Origin: Ectothiorhodospiraceae bacterium
Lineage (GTDB): Bacteria > Pseudomonadota > Gammaproteobacteria > Nitrococcales > Aquisalimonadaceae
Assembly: GCA_007117515.1 (NCBI GenBank)
Contig: SKGQ01000037.1
Span: 23,286 to 87,285, forward strand
Direction of reading: 5' to 3'
DNA length: 64,000 bases
The notes under the pieces were generated by a model that saw only the letters and a list, made by a program, of their open reading frames with translations, was not told where the DNA came from and made no database searches. This document shows positions 10,343-21,893 of this stretch, in pieces; within the stretch, counting starts at the first letter, position 1; every line of letters begins with the position of its first letter. Made by a program: the position numbers and the translations under genes.

Positions 10343-11778
10343 ACCGCCCATGAATCCATGAACATCGGCACGGGCATCGCCTCCAGTCGCTTCTGCGTCG
10401 AACAGGCTTCCTGTATGGCGCCAGCCTGCCGGGGCGCGAAGTGGGTTGCCAGCGCCGACTCGAATTTCTTCCTTAGCAGCGGAATCCCTTCCTTGCGGCG
10501 ACGCCGGTGACCGATCGGGTAATCCACGGCGATGCGCTCTGTCTGGCTGCCGTTCTTGAATACCACTTGCACCGCGTTGCCGATGGCGCGTTTTTTCGGA
10601 TCCAGGTAATCCTTCGAGAACTGCGTGTTTTCCGTCACCCGCATGCGCTTGCGCAGGGCATCAATGCGCGGGTCGGCGGCGATGCCGTCCTCATAGTCCC
10701 CGGCAGTCAGTCGGCCGAAGATCAGGGGCACCGCCACCATGTACTGCAGGCAATGATCCCGGTCTGCCGGGTTGTTCAGCGGACCGGTCTTGTCGATGAT
10801 GCGGACGCCCGCTTCCTGCGTCTCGATCAGGATCTGATCGATCTCATGCAGACGATCCTTCACCTCCGGGTGCAGCGTCACCGCCGCCTCGACCGCGGTC
10901 TGGGCATGGAACTCGGCCGGGTAGGCGATCTTGAACAGCACGTTCTCCATGACATAACTGCCGTAGGACTGCTTCACGTTCAGCTTGCGGCCACCGAACA
11001 GCACGTCATTGAAGCCCCAGACCTTGGCAGACAGGGCCGAGGGATAGCCCATCTCGCCGGTGAGGCAGATCAGCGCCAGACGCAGACCCCGCGCCGAGGC
11101 ATCACCCGCCGCCCAACTCTTTCGCGAACCGGTATTGGGTGCATGGCGGTAGGTGCGCAGACTGGAGCCGTCGATCCAGGCGTGGGACAGGGCGTTGATG
11201 ACGTCGTCGCGGCTGCCGCCAAACAGGTGCGTGGTCACCGCCGCGGTGGCGATCCGGCAGAGCATGACGTGGTCCAGCCCGACCCGATTGAAGCTGTTCT
11301 CCAGCGCCAGCACACCCTGGATTTCGTGGCAGCGAATGGCCGCTCGCAGCACATCACGCATGACCAGCGGCGCCTCATTGCGCGCCATGCGCTGGCGACT
11401 CAGGTAATCGGCGGCGGCCAGCACGCCGCCCAGGTTGTCGGATGGATGGCCCCATTCCGCCGCCAGCCAGGTGTCGTTGAAATCCAGCCAGCGGATCATC
11501 GCGCCTATATTGAAGGCCGCCTGCACCGGATCAAGACGGTAACTGGTGCCCGGCACCGGCACGCCGTTCGCCATTTCGGCGCCGGGCACGACCGGCCCGA
11601 GCAGCTTGGTACAGGCCGGATAGCGCAGCGCCAGCATCGCGCAGGCCAGGCTGTCCATCAGCATGTAACGGGCGGTCTCGAACGCCACCTTGCCGCGGAT
11701 CTCGGTGCCCGTCACGTAATCCGCGATCGCTACCAATTCCTTGTCAGGCTGTGGCCGCTTTGCTGATTTGCTCGCCAT
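10339..11778 (-). CDS. prpD: 2-methylcitrate dehydratase
   Basis: [46 protein letters not shown]. Confidence 0.95.
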   Translation of the reverse strand: MASKSAKRPQPDKELVAIADYVTGTEIRGKVAFETARYMLMDSLACAMLALRYPACTKLLGPVVPGAEMANGVPVPGTSYRLDPVQAAFNIGAMIRWLDFNDTWLAAEWGHPSDNLGGVLAAADYLSRQRMARNEAPLVMRDVLRAAIRCHEIQGVLALENSFNRVGLDHVMLCRIATAAVTTHLFGGSRDDVINALSHAWIDGSSLRTYRHAPNTGSRKSWAAGDASARGLRLALICLTGEMGYPSALSAKVWGFNDVLFGGRKLNVKQSYGSYVMENVLFKIAYPAEFHAQTAVEAAVTLHPEVKDRLHEIDQILIETQEAGVRIIDKTGPLNNPADRDHCLQYMVAVPLIFGRLTAGDYEDGIAADPRIDALRKRMRVTENTQFSKDYLDPKKRAIGNAVQVVFKNGSQTERIAVDYPIGHRRRRKEGIPLLRKKFESALATHFAPRQAGAIQEACSTQKRLEAMPVPMFMDSWAV

Positions 11779-11897
11779 GGTCCGTCTCCTCTGCCAAGTG
11801 ATGCTGTTCCGTCAGTGTAGGCAGGAAGTGGAAAGGAGGTCCGGGATCGGACCGAAAGCAAAGCTGTCGACGCCAGGGGGATCAGGATCAGGAGGGC

Positions 11898-13076
11898 CTA
11901 GAAACAGTCTTCGGGAACGCGCACCCAACCTTCCATCAGAACGCGGGCACTGCGGCTCATGGTGGCCTGCTTCACGGTCCAGTTGCCTTCGATCTGTTCG
12001 GCCTCTGCGCCGACGCGCAAGGTTCCGGAGGGATGGCCGAAGTGAACGGACTGGCGTTCGCCGCCGCCCGCGGCCTCGTTGACCAGTGTGCCTGGAATGG
12101 CGGCGGCCGTGGCGATGGCGACGGCCGCCGTGCCCATCATGGCGTGGTGCAGCTTGCCCATGGAAACCGCCCGGACCAGCAGATCGATCTCGGCAGCACG
12201 AATCGACTTGCTGCTGGAAGCGGTGTAATCGGCCGGCGGGCTGACAAACGCGACTTTCGGGGTGTGCTGACGGTTAGCAGCAGCCTCCAGATCCTCCGCC
12301 AGCCCCATGCGGAGCGAGGCTTGCTGGCGGATGGTTTCCAGCCTTTCCAGGGCCTGCGGATCGCCGTTGATGGCATCCTGCAGTTCGCTGCCCTGAAAGC
12401 CGATGTCGGTGGCCCGGACGAAGGCGGTGGGGATGCCGGCATTGATAAGCGTGGCCTCGAGTCGGCCAAGGCCTGGCACCTCCAGGGTGTCTACCGGCTC
12501 GCCGGTGGGGAACAGCGCCCCGTCGCCGGCGGCGGGGTCGGTGAACACCACCGGTATCTCGGCGGCGGGAAAGGTGACGCCATCCAGTTCGAAGTCACCG
12601 GTTTCCTGCACCTGACCATTCCTTATCGGCACACGATTGATCAGTGTCTTGCCGATATTGGCCTGCCAGATCCGGATCTCGGCGATGCCGTTGTCGGGAA
12701 CGCGGGCGGCATCCACCAGTCCGCTGGCAATGGCAAAGGGGCCGACCGCCGCCGACAGATTGCCGCAGTTACCGCTCCAGTCCACTACCGGCCGGTCGAT
12801 GGCGACCTGACCGAACAGGTAATCCACGTCGTGATCCGGGCTGCTGCTCTTCGACAGGATTACGGTCTTGCTGGTGCTGGAGGTCGCGCCGCCCATGCCG
12901 TCGGTGTGCTTGCCGTAGGGATCGGGGCTGCCGATGATCCGAAGCAACAGAGCGTCGCGAGCCGGGCCGGGCTGCTGCGCGGCCGCGGGCAGATCGTCCA
13001 GCCGGAAGAACACGCCCTTGCTGGTACCGCCCCGCATGTAGGTGGCGGGGATGCGGATCTGGGGGGCGTGCGCCAT
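11898..13076 (-). CDS. prpF: 2-methylaconitate cis-trans isomerase
   Basis: YMRGGTSKG, GGATSSTSK, SGNCGN, MSRSARVLMEG. Confidence 0.95.
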   Translation of the reverse strand: MAHAPQIRIPATYMRGGTSKGVFFRLDDLPAAAQQPGPARDALLLRIIGSPDPYGKHTDGMGGATSSTSKTVILSKSSSPDHDVDYLFGQVAIDRPVVDWSGNCGNLSAAVGPFAIASGLVDAARVPDNGIAEIRIWQANIGKTLINRVPIRNGQVQETGDFELDGVTFPAAEIPVVFTDPAAGDGALFPTGEPVDTLEVPGLGRLEATLINAGIPTAFVRATDIGFQGSELQDAINGDPQALERLETIRQQASLRMGLAEDLEAAANRQHTPKVAFVSPPADYTASSSKSIRAAEIDLLVRAVSMGKLHHAMMGTAAVAIATAAAIPGTLVNEAAGGGERQSVHFGHPSGTLRVGAEAEQIEGNWTVKQATMSRSARVLMEGWVRVPEDCF

Positions 13077-15700
13077 CAGGCTCTCCGGCTTTCCGTGTCG
13101 GATTCGGCGGCGAGGAAATCCTTGGCGAAGCGTTGCAACACACCGCCCGCCTCGTAGATGCCCACATCCTCGGCAGTGTCCAGCCGGCAGATCACCGGCA
13201 CCTCGGTGGTCTCACCATTGGGGCGGTGCATGCGCAGCTGCAAGCGGGCACCCGGCGCCAGATCACCGTCCACGTCGAAGGTTTCGCTGCCGTCGATACC
13301 CAGGGTCTTGCGCGTGGTACCGGACTCGAACTGCAATGGCAGCACGCCCATGCCCACCAGATTGGTGCGGTGAATGCGCTCGAAGCCCTCGGCGACGATG
13401 GCCTCGACGCCGGCCAGTCGCACGCCCTTGGCGGCCCAATCCCGTGACGAGCCCTGACCGTAGTCGGCACCGGCGATGATGATCAGCGGCTGCTTGCGCT
13501 CCATATAGGCTTCGATGGCGTCCCACATGCGCAGGACCTGGCCGTCCGGTTCCAGCCGGGTCAGCGAGCCCTGTTTCACCTGGCCGTCGACCACTGCCAT
13601 CTCGTTGACCAGCTTGGGGTTGGCCAGCGTTGCCCGTTGCGCGGTGAGGTGATCCCCGCGATGGGTGGCGTAGGAGTTGAAGTCCTCCTCCGGCAGGCCC
13701 ATTTTCGCCAGATACTCGCCAGCTGCACTGTCGAGCAGGATCGCGTTGCTCGGCGAGAGGTGATCGGTGGTGATGTTGTCACCCAGCACCGCCAGCGGCC
13801 GCATCCCGGTGAGCGCCGGCTGCTTCGCGAAGGCGCCTTCCCAGTAAGGCGGGCGACGGATATAGGTGCTTTGCGGCCGCCAGTCGTAGAGCGGCGAAAC
13901 CTGACCCTCGTCGGCGGGTTTCAGCCGGAACATCGGCGTGTAGACCTTGCGGAAATGTTCCGGCTTCACGTGCTCGGCGACTACCGCATCAATCTCTTCG
14001 TCACTGGGCCAGAGGTCTTTCAGCGTTACCGGCCTGCCTTCTGAATCGACGCCCAGGGCATCCTTTTCGATATCGAAACGCACGGTGCCCGCGATGGCAT
14101 ATGCCACGCAGAGCGCCGGCGAGGCCAGGAAGGCCTGCTTGGCATAGGGATGAATGCGGCCGTCGAAATTCCGGTTACCGGAGAGCACCGCCACCGAGTA
14201 CAGATCCCGGTCGATGATCTCCTGCTGGATGGTCGGGTCCAGCGCGCCGCTCATGCCGTTACAGGTGGTGCAGGCGAAGGCGACGATACCGAAACCGAGT
14301 TGCTCCAGTTCCGACAGCAGGCCGGATTCCTCCAGATACAGCTGCACCGCCTTGGAGCCCGGCGCCAGCGAGGTCTTGACCCAGGGCTTGCGCTGCATGC
14401 CCAGGGCATTGGCCTTCTGTGCCAGCAGCGCAGCGGCGATGACATTGCGTGGATTGCTGGTGTTGGTGCAGCTGGTGATGGCCGAGATGATTACCGCGCC
14501 GTCCGGCATTAGGCCGTCGTCCCGGTTTTCCACCTCGCCGGCGATACCGGCGCTAGCCAGATCCGAGGTGGCCACCCGCTTGTGCGGGTTGCTGGGCCCG
14601 GCCATGTTGCGCACCACCGTCGACAGATCGAAACGCAGCACCCGTTCGAATTCAGCGGATTTCAGATCATCGGCCCAGAGACCCACCGTTCTGGCGTAGG
14701 TTTCCACCAGCTGGACCTGTTCCGGCTCCCGGCCGGTCAGGGTCAGATAATCCAGCGTCTGCTGGTCGATATGGAACATCGCTGCAGTGGCGCCGAATTC
14801 CGGCGCCATGTTGGAAATCGTCGCGCGATCCCCCACCGACAGGGCCGCGGCGCCCTCGCCGAAGAATTCCAGCCAGGCCGAGACCACGCGCTGCTGGCGC
14901 AGGAACTCGGTCAGTGCCAGCACGATGTCGGTGCAGGTAATGCCGGGCGCGGGCTTACCGGTGAGTTCCACGCCCACCATGTCCGGCAGGCGCAGGTAGC
15001 TGGGCCGGCCCAGCATCACGCTCTCGGCCTCCAGGCCACCGACGCCGATGGCCAGCACGCCCAGCGCATCCACATGCGGGGTATGACTGTCGGTGCCCAC
15101 CAGGGTGTCGGGGAAGGCTACGCCGTGGCGGGACTCCACCACCGTGCACATCTTCTCCAGATTGATCTGGTGCATGATGCCGTTGCCCGGCGGGATCACG
15201 TCGACATTTCGGAAGGCCTGCTTGGTCCAGTTGATGAAATGGAAGCGGTCGGCATTGCGTCTCTCTTCAATGGCCCGGTTCTTCTCGAAGGCGTCCTGTT
15301 CGAACCCGGCATGCTCCACGGCCAGCGAATGGTCGACTATGAGCTGGGTCGGCACCACCGGGTTGACCTGGGCCGGATCGCCGCCCTGCTCGGCAATGGC
15401 ATCGCGCAGCCCGGCCAGATCAACGAACGCTGTCTGACCGAGTATGTCATGACAGACCACGCGCGCCGGGAACCAGGGGAAATCCCGATCCCGTCGGCGT
15501 TCGGCGATCTGCCGCAGGCAATCGGTCAATTCCTCGGGCGGGCAACGTCGCACCAGGTTCTCGGCCAGTACCCGGGCAGTGAACGGCAGCCTGTCATAGG
15601 CCCCGGGGCGAACGGCCTCCACCGCCTCGCGGACATCGAAATAGTCCAGCTCCGTGTCTGGCAGCGGCTTGCGGTGCTTGCTGTTCATGGCTTCGGACAT
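13076..15700 (-). CDS. acnD: Fe/S-dependent 2-methylisocitrate dehydratase
   Basis: Aconitase motifs ITSCTNTSNP and FACTTCNGMSG; AcnD-type RVVCHDILGQTA; AGGAG RBS before ATG 15700. Confidence 0.95.
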   Translation of the reverse strand: MSEAMNSKHRKPLPDTELDYFDVREAVEAVRPGAYDRLPFTARVLAENLVRRCPPEELTDCLRQIAERRRDRDFPWFPARVVCHDILGQTAFVDLAGLRDAIAEQGGDPAQVNPVVPTQLIVDHSLAVEHAGFEQDAFEKNRAIEERRNADRFHFINWTKQAFRNVDVIPPGNGIMHQINLEKMCTVVESRHGVAFPDTLVGTDSHTPHVDALGVLAIGVGGLEAESVMLGRPSYLRLPDMVGVELTGKPAPGITCTDIVLALTEFLRQQRVVSAWLEFFGEGAAALSVGDRATISNMAPEFGATAAMFHIDQQTLDYLTLTGREPEQVQLVETYARTVGLWADDLKSAEFERVLRFDLSTVVRNMAGPSNPHKRVATSDLASAGIAGEVENRDDGLMPDGAVIISAITSCTNTSNPRNVIAAALLAQKANALGMQRKPWVKTSLAPGSKAVQLYLEESGLLSELEQLGFGIVAFACTTCNGMSGALDPTIQQEIIDRDLYSVAVLSGNRNFDGRIHPYAKQAFLASPALCVAYAIAGTVRFDIEKDALGVDSEGRPVTLKDLWPSDEEIDAVVAEHVKPEHFRKVYTPMFRLKPADEGQVSPLYDWRPQSTYIRRPPYWEGAFAKQPALTGMRPLAVLGDNITTDHLSPSNAILLDSAAGEYLAKMGLPEEDFNSYATHRGDHLTAQRATLANPKLVNEMAVVDGQVKQGSLTRLEPDGQVLRMWDAIEAYMERKQPLIIIAGADYGQGSSRDWAAKGVRLAGVEAIVAEGFERIHRTNLVGMGVLPLQFESGTTRKTLGIDGSETFDVDGDLAPGARLQLRMHRPNGETTEVPVICRLDTAEDVGIYEAGGVLQRFAKDFLAAESDTESRRA

Positions 15701-15722
15701 GGCCTGGCTCCTGCGCGGCACA

Positions 15723-16853
15723 TCAACCGCGCTCGGCGATGGGAACAACCTTGCGCAACGACGGACCAGTGTATTCGGCGCTGGGCCGAATGATTCGGTT
15801 CTTGGCCCGCTGCTCCATCACATGGGCCGCCCAGCCCGTCACCCGGGACATGACGAAGATCGGCGTAAATAACTTGGTCGGGATGCCCATGAAATGGTAG
15901 GCCGATGCATGGAAGAAGTCCGCGTTACAGAACAGCTTCTTCTCCCGCCACATGACTTCCTCGACCCGCTCGGAAACCGGATACAGCACGGTGTCGCCGA
16001 CTTCGTCGGCGAGCTTCTTCGACCAGGCCTTGATCACCGCATTGCGTGGATCGGATTCGCGATAGATCGCGTGGCCAAAGCCCATGATCTTTTCCTTGCG
16101 CTCGAGCATGCCGAGGAGCTCGCGCTCGGCCTGGTCCGGGTCAGACCACTGCTCGATCATCGCCATCGCCGCCTCGTTGGCACCGCCATGCAGCGGTCCG
16201 CGCAGCGAGCCGATGGCACCGCTGATGCAGGAGTGCATGTCGGACAGCGTCGAGGCGCAGACCCGGGCCGTGAAGGTAGAGGCGTTGAACTCGTGCTCGG
16301 CGTAAAGGATCAGCGAAGTGTTCATCACGGTAGCGTGCAACTCGCTGGCCGGCTTGCCGTGTAGCAGTTGCAGGAAATGCCCGCCGATGGAGGCATCATC
16401 GGTAACCGGCTCGATCCGCACCCCATCGTGGGAGTAGCGGTACCAGTAGGTGATGATGCTCGGGAATGCCGCCAGCAGCCGATCGGCTATGTTCTGCTGT
16501 TCGGAGAAGTCCTGCTCAGTCTCCAGTGTGCCGAGCATGGAGCAACCGGTGCGCATGACATCCATCGGATGGGCGGTGCCCGGAATCTGCTCGAGCACCC
16601 GCTTCAGCGCATCCGGCAGATCACGCATGCCCTGCAGGCACTTCACGTAGGCGTCGAGTTGCGCCTGGGTCGGCAACTCTCCATGGAAGAGCAGGTAGGC
16701 ACATTCCTCGAAACTGACATTGTCGGCCAGGTCGCGGACATCGTAGCCACGATACGTCAGACCGGTGCCTTCCTTGCCCACTGTGCACAGTGCCGTTTCG
16801 CCTGCGCTCTGACCGCGCAGGCCGGCCGCGGATGCGGCTTTCTTTTCACTCAT
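15723..16853 (-). CDS. prpC: 2-methylcitrate synthase
   Basis: GLRGQSAGETALCTVG, LYAEHEFNAST, GPLHGGANE, MGFGH. Confidence 0.95.
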   Translation of the reverse strand: MSEKKAASAAGLRGQSAGETALCTVGKEGTGLTYRGYDVRDLADNVSFEECAYLLFHGELPTQAQLDAYVKCLQGMRDLPDALKRVLEQIPGTAHPMDVMRTGCSMLGTLETEQDFSEQQNIADRLLAAFPSIITYWYRYSHDGVRIEPVTDDASIGGHFLQLLHGKPASELHATVMNTSLILYAEHEFNASTFTARVCASTLSDMHSCISGAIGSLRGPLHGGANEAAMAMIEQWSDPDQAERELLGMLERKEKIMGFGHAIYRESDPRNAVIKAWSKKLADEVGDTVLYPVSERVEEVMWREKKLFCNADFFHASAYHFMGIPTKLFTPIFVMSRVTGWAAHVMEQRAKNRIIRPSAEYTGPSLRKVVPIAERG

Positions 16854-16907
16854 GATCGTTCCTGCTCCATCATCTGGATGCCGACACCAGGCGTCGGACA
16901 TCGTCAT

Positions 16908-17807
16908 TCAGCCCTTGTTGTTATCGCCCTCGAACAGGGCATCCAGCTTGCCCTCGTAGGCGTGGTAGTCCAGCACATCGTAAAGTTCAGCGCGGGTCTG
17001 CATGGTTTCCAGCACCCCCGCTTGCGTGCCCTGACTGCGGATCTCGCCGTAGACGCTCTCCGCCGCACGGCTCATCGCGCGGAACGCCGACAGTGGATAC
17101 AAGGCCATGGCGGCACCCGAATCGCGCAGTTCATCAACGGTGAACATCGGCGTCTGGCCGAATTCGGTGATATTCGCCAGTACCGGCACCGAAACCTGGT
17201 CGGTGAAAACGCGGAACTCGTCCAGCGTGTGCAGCGCTTCAGCGAAAATCATGTCGGCACCGGCTTCGACATAGGCATGTGCACGGGCCAATGCCGCCTG
17301 CATGCCCTCGGAGGCATGCGAATCGGTCCGCGCCATGATCACGAAATCTTCATCCTTCCGCGCGTCCACCGCCGCCTTGATCCGGTCGACCATTTCATTC
17401 GCCGACACAAGGGCCTTGTTGGGCCGGTGACCGCAGCGCTTTGCCGCCACCTGGTCCTCCAGATGCACGGCAGCGACCCCGGCACGCTCCATCTCACGGA
17501 TCGTGCGTGCGATGTTGAACGCACCACCCCAACCGGTATCCACATCCACCAGCAGCGGTACCTCGGTCACGGCCGTGATGCGGCTGGCATCCTCGACCAC
17601 GTCGGCGAGTTGGGTAATTCCCAGATCCGGCAACCCGTACGAGGCATTCGCGACACCGGCACCGGACAAATAGATGGCCCGGAAGCCGGCCCGCTCGGCC
17701 AGCAGGGCCGAAAAGGCGTTGATCGTGCCGGCAATCTGCAGCGGCGATTCTTCTGCCAGCGCGTCCCGGAAGCGGCGGCCGGCACTCTGCCGGTTGATCT
17801 TGCTCAT
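16908..17807 (-). CDS. prpB: Methylisocitrate lyase
   Basis: [30 protein letters not shown]. Confidence 0.95.
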   Translation of the reverse strand: MSKINRQSAGRRFRDALAEESPLQIAGTINAFSALLAERAGFRAIYLSGAGVANASYGLPDLGITQLADVVEDASRITAVTEVPLLVDVDTGWGGAFNIARTIREMERAGVAAVHLEDQVAAKRCGHRPNKALVSANEMVDRIKAAVDARKDEDFVIMARTDSHASEGMQAALARAHAYVEAGADMIFAEALHTLDEFRVFTDQVSVPVLANITEFGQTPMFTVDELRDSGAAMALYPLSAFRAMSRAAESVYGEIRSQGTQAGVLETMQTRAELYDVLDYHAYEGKLDALFEGDNNKG

Positions 17808-18796
17808 GACGAAATCCTCACCAGCGTGCGACCGTGACGCTTGCGTTGCAGAAGTTCCTCGGCCGCAGGCAACACGCCCTCGAGGTCGACCTCGTCGGTA
17901 ACCACGGTTTCAACATCCGTCGGCTCCAGCAGTTCCTCGACCCGACGCCAGACAGCAAGTCTCAGGTCGCGGGCGCATTCCACGGAATTGATGCCAAGCA
18001 GGCTGACGCCCCGCAGAATGAACGGCAGCACCGTGGTGTTCAGCTCAATACCTGCAGCCAGACCCACGGCGCCAATGTTGCCCCAGGGCTGCACCGTGCG
18101 CGTCAACCAGGTCAGCTGTTCGCCGCCCAGGCTGTCCACGGCACCGCCCCAGAGCGGTTTCTCCAGCGGACGTTTGCCCAGGTCCTGATCGCCCGTCAGC
18201 AGGGTCTCATTCGCGCCCAGGCCCCTCAGGTAATCGGCGGCATCGGCCTTGCCGGTGAGTGCGGTGACCTGATAGCCGGCCCGATGGAACAGGCGGATGG
18301 CGTAACTGCCGACACCACCACTGGCGCCATTGACCAGAATCGGGCCGAGATCCGGATGCTGGCCGTTCTGCTCCATACGCACCAGCGCCATTGCCGCAGT
18401 AAAGCCCGCGGTACCAACGGCCATCACCTGACGCGCATCCCACCCCTCCGGCATCGGCACGACGCTGTCGGCCGGCACGCGGGTAAATTCGGCAAAGCCG
18501 CCATCGCGTGCCTCACCCAGACCGCAACCGGTGACGAGCACTGGTTCGCCGGGCCGGAAGCGCGGATCCTCGGAGGTTTCCACGGTCCCCGCCACGTCGA
18601 TGCCGGCGTTCAACGGCATCCCACGCATGATCTTGCCTGTGCCGGTAACTGCCAGCGCATCCTTGAAATTGATGCCTGACCAGGCGGCGCGAATAAGCAC
18701 ACTGCCTTCGCTCAGCTCGTCGGCGTGCATTTGTTCAACGCGGGCATCTACACCCTTATCCGCCGCGTGACAGCGTAAAGCCTTGAAGGAATCCAT
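17804..18796 (-). CDS. acuI: Acryloyl-CoA reductase AcuI/YhdH family (MDR superfamily)
   Basis: [43 protein letters not shown]; stop overlaps the prpB ATG. Confidence 0.85.
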   Translation of the reverse strand: MDSFKALRCHAADKGVDARVEQMHADELSEGSVLIRAAWSGINFKDALAVTGTGKIMRGMPLNAGIDVAGTVETSEDPRFRPGEPVLVTGCGLGEARDGGFAEFTRVPADSVVPMPEGWDARQVMAVGTAGFTAAMALVRMEQNGQHPDLGPILVNGASGGVGSYAIRLFHRAGYQVTALTGKADAADYLRGLGANETLLTGDQDLGKRPLEKPLWGGAVDSLGGEQLTWLTRTVQPWGNIGAVGLAAGIELNTTVLPFILRGVSLLGINSVECARDLRLAVWRRVEELLEPTDVETVVTDEVDLEGVLPAAEELLQRKRHGRTLVRISS

Positions 18797-18856
18797 GTTT
18801 CACTCCGTCCGCCGGGAAATGCTGGAAGTGTAGCCCACGCAAAAACCGTTTCCCAA

Positions 18857-18885
18857 ATTCCTTACAAAATAAGCAGTTAAGGAAT
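18857..18885. promoter_or_regulatory. AT-rich inverted repeat upstream of acuI-prp, candidate operator
   Basis: ATTCCTTA-N13-TAAGGAAT, about 60 nt upstream of the acuI start. Confidence 0.35.
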
Positions 18886-18912
18886 CCAGGAAAGCGATTG
18901 GCGTTAGGGTAG

Positions 18913-18935
18913 AAAGGGGCTAGGCAAGCCCCTTT
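18913..18935 (-). terminator. Intrinsic terminator after lpdA (possibly bidirectional)
   Basis: Perfect 9-bp stem AAAGGGGCT/AGCCCCTTT with 5-nt loop, T-rich on both sides. Confidence 0.65.
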
Positions 18936-19034
18936 ATTAACAAGACCAATAAAGACGCTTGCTGACGCGTCCGTGCTCCAACGTCAAGGCGCCACCGAAC
19001 GGATCCCGCGCCCGCGCCGGGCCGACATTGAATA

Positions 19035-20543
<1,509 letters not shown>

Positions 20544-21809
20544 TCAGACCTCCAGCAGCAAGCGCGCCGGATCCTCGATCATATCCTTGATCGTGACCAG
20601 GAAGCTGACTGCTTCCTTGCCATCGATAATCCGGTGATCGTAGGACAGCGCCAGATACATCATCGGCCGCACAACCACTTCACCGTTCTCCACCATCGGT
20701 CGTTCCTGAATCTTGTGCATGCCCAGGATCGCACTCTGCGGCGGATTCAGAATCGGGGTCGACAGCAGCGAACCGAAAATTCCGCCATTGGTAATCGAGA
20801 ACGTGCCACCGGTCAGCTCTTCCATGCTGAGCTTGCCGTCGCGCGCCTTGACCCCCAGACCAGTGATCGTCGATTCGACGTCGGCGAAACCCATGTGATC
20901 CGCATCGCGCAGCACCGGCACCACCAGACCCCGCGGTGAACTGACTGCAATACCAATATCGTAGTAGCCGTGGTAGATGACGTCAGTGCCGTCGATGGAC
21001 GCGTTCACCGCCGGGAAGCGCTTCAGCGCCTCAACGGCCGCCTTGACGAAGAAACTCATGAAACCGAGGCGCACCTCGTGAGCCTTTTCGAACCGGTCCT
21101 TGTAGCGGCTGCGCAGGTCCATCACCGGACCCATGTTCACCTCATTGAAGGTGGTCAGCATGGCAGCGTTGTGCTGCGCCTCGACCAGACGTTCCGCAAT
21201 CCGCTGTCGCAGCCGGGTCATCGGCACGCGGCGCTCCTCGCGCTCACCGCCGGCCGGCGGCAAGGCCGGCTCCGCCGGTGGCGCTGTCGGCGCAGGCGCT
21301 GCTTCTCCGGGAGATTCCGGGGCCGCTGCGGAATCCCCGCCTTTTTCCGCGGAGCCACTGCCATCCAGATGGCGCAGCACGTCCTCCTTGGTCAGTCGAC
21401 CGCCGGGCCCGGTCGCCTCGATGGCGCCGGGATTCAGCCCCTTTTCGGTGACCAGCCGACGGACCGCCGGGGACATCTCGACCTTTTCGCTGGTGCCTGA
21501 GGGTTCCTCGGCCGCATCGCTGTCCGGCTCGGAACTCTGTTCCGCCTTGCCGGCGCCACCGGCCTTTGCCGCACCTTCTTCAAGCAGACCCAGCACCTGA
21601 TCGGCGGTAACCGTCTCGCCCTCCGGCGCCTTGATATCCCCCAGCGTGCCGGCAACGGGCGCTGGCACCTCCAGCACCACCTTGTCGGTCTCGATATCAA
21701 CCAGATTCTCATCGCGCGCCACGGCATCGCCCGGCTGCTTGTGCCAGGTCACGACGGTCGCCTCGGACACGGACTCCGGCAGGGCCGGCACTTTGATCTC
21801 GATACTCAT
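20544..21809 (-). CDS. sucB: Dihydrolipoamide succinyltransferase (E2)
   Basis: Lipoyl motif [10 protein letters not shown]; [14 protein letters not shown]. Confidence 0.96.
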   Translation of the reverse strand: MSIEIKVPALPESVSEATVVTWHKQPGDAVARDENLVDIETDKVVLEVPAPVAGTLGDIKAPEGETVTADQVLGLLEEGAAKAGGAGKAEQSSEPDSDAAEEPSGTSEKVEMSPAVRRLVTEKGLNPGAIEATGPGGRLTKEDVLRHLDGSGSAEKGGDSAAAPESPGEAAPAPTAPPAEPALPPAGGEREERRVPMTRLRQRIAERLVEAQHNAAMLTTFNEVNMGPVMDLRSRYKDRFEKAHEVRLGFMSFFVKAAVEALKRFPAVNASIDGTDVIYHGYYDIGIAVSSPRGLVVPVLRDADHMGFADVESTITGLGVKARDGKLSMEELTGGTFSITNGGIFGSLLSTPILNPPQSAILGMHKIQERPMVENGEVVVRPMMYLALSYDHRIIDGKEAVSFLVTIKDMIEDPARLLLEV

Positions 21810-21893
21810 CGGCTGTCGTTTCTCCGCTTTGCTCTGTCTAATGCGTACGTCAACGCAGACGCGCGAATAGATTCAGCGTTTCCCTCTGGCCCA

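Noticed and set aside
10339-15700. Coexistence of prpD with acnD-prpF as a novelty
   Set aside because: This arrangement is already known in Pseudomonas and Cupriavidus prp clusters.
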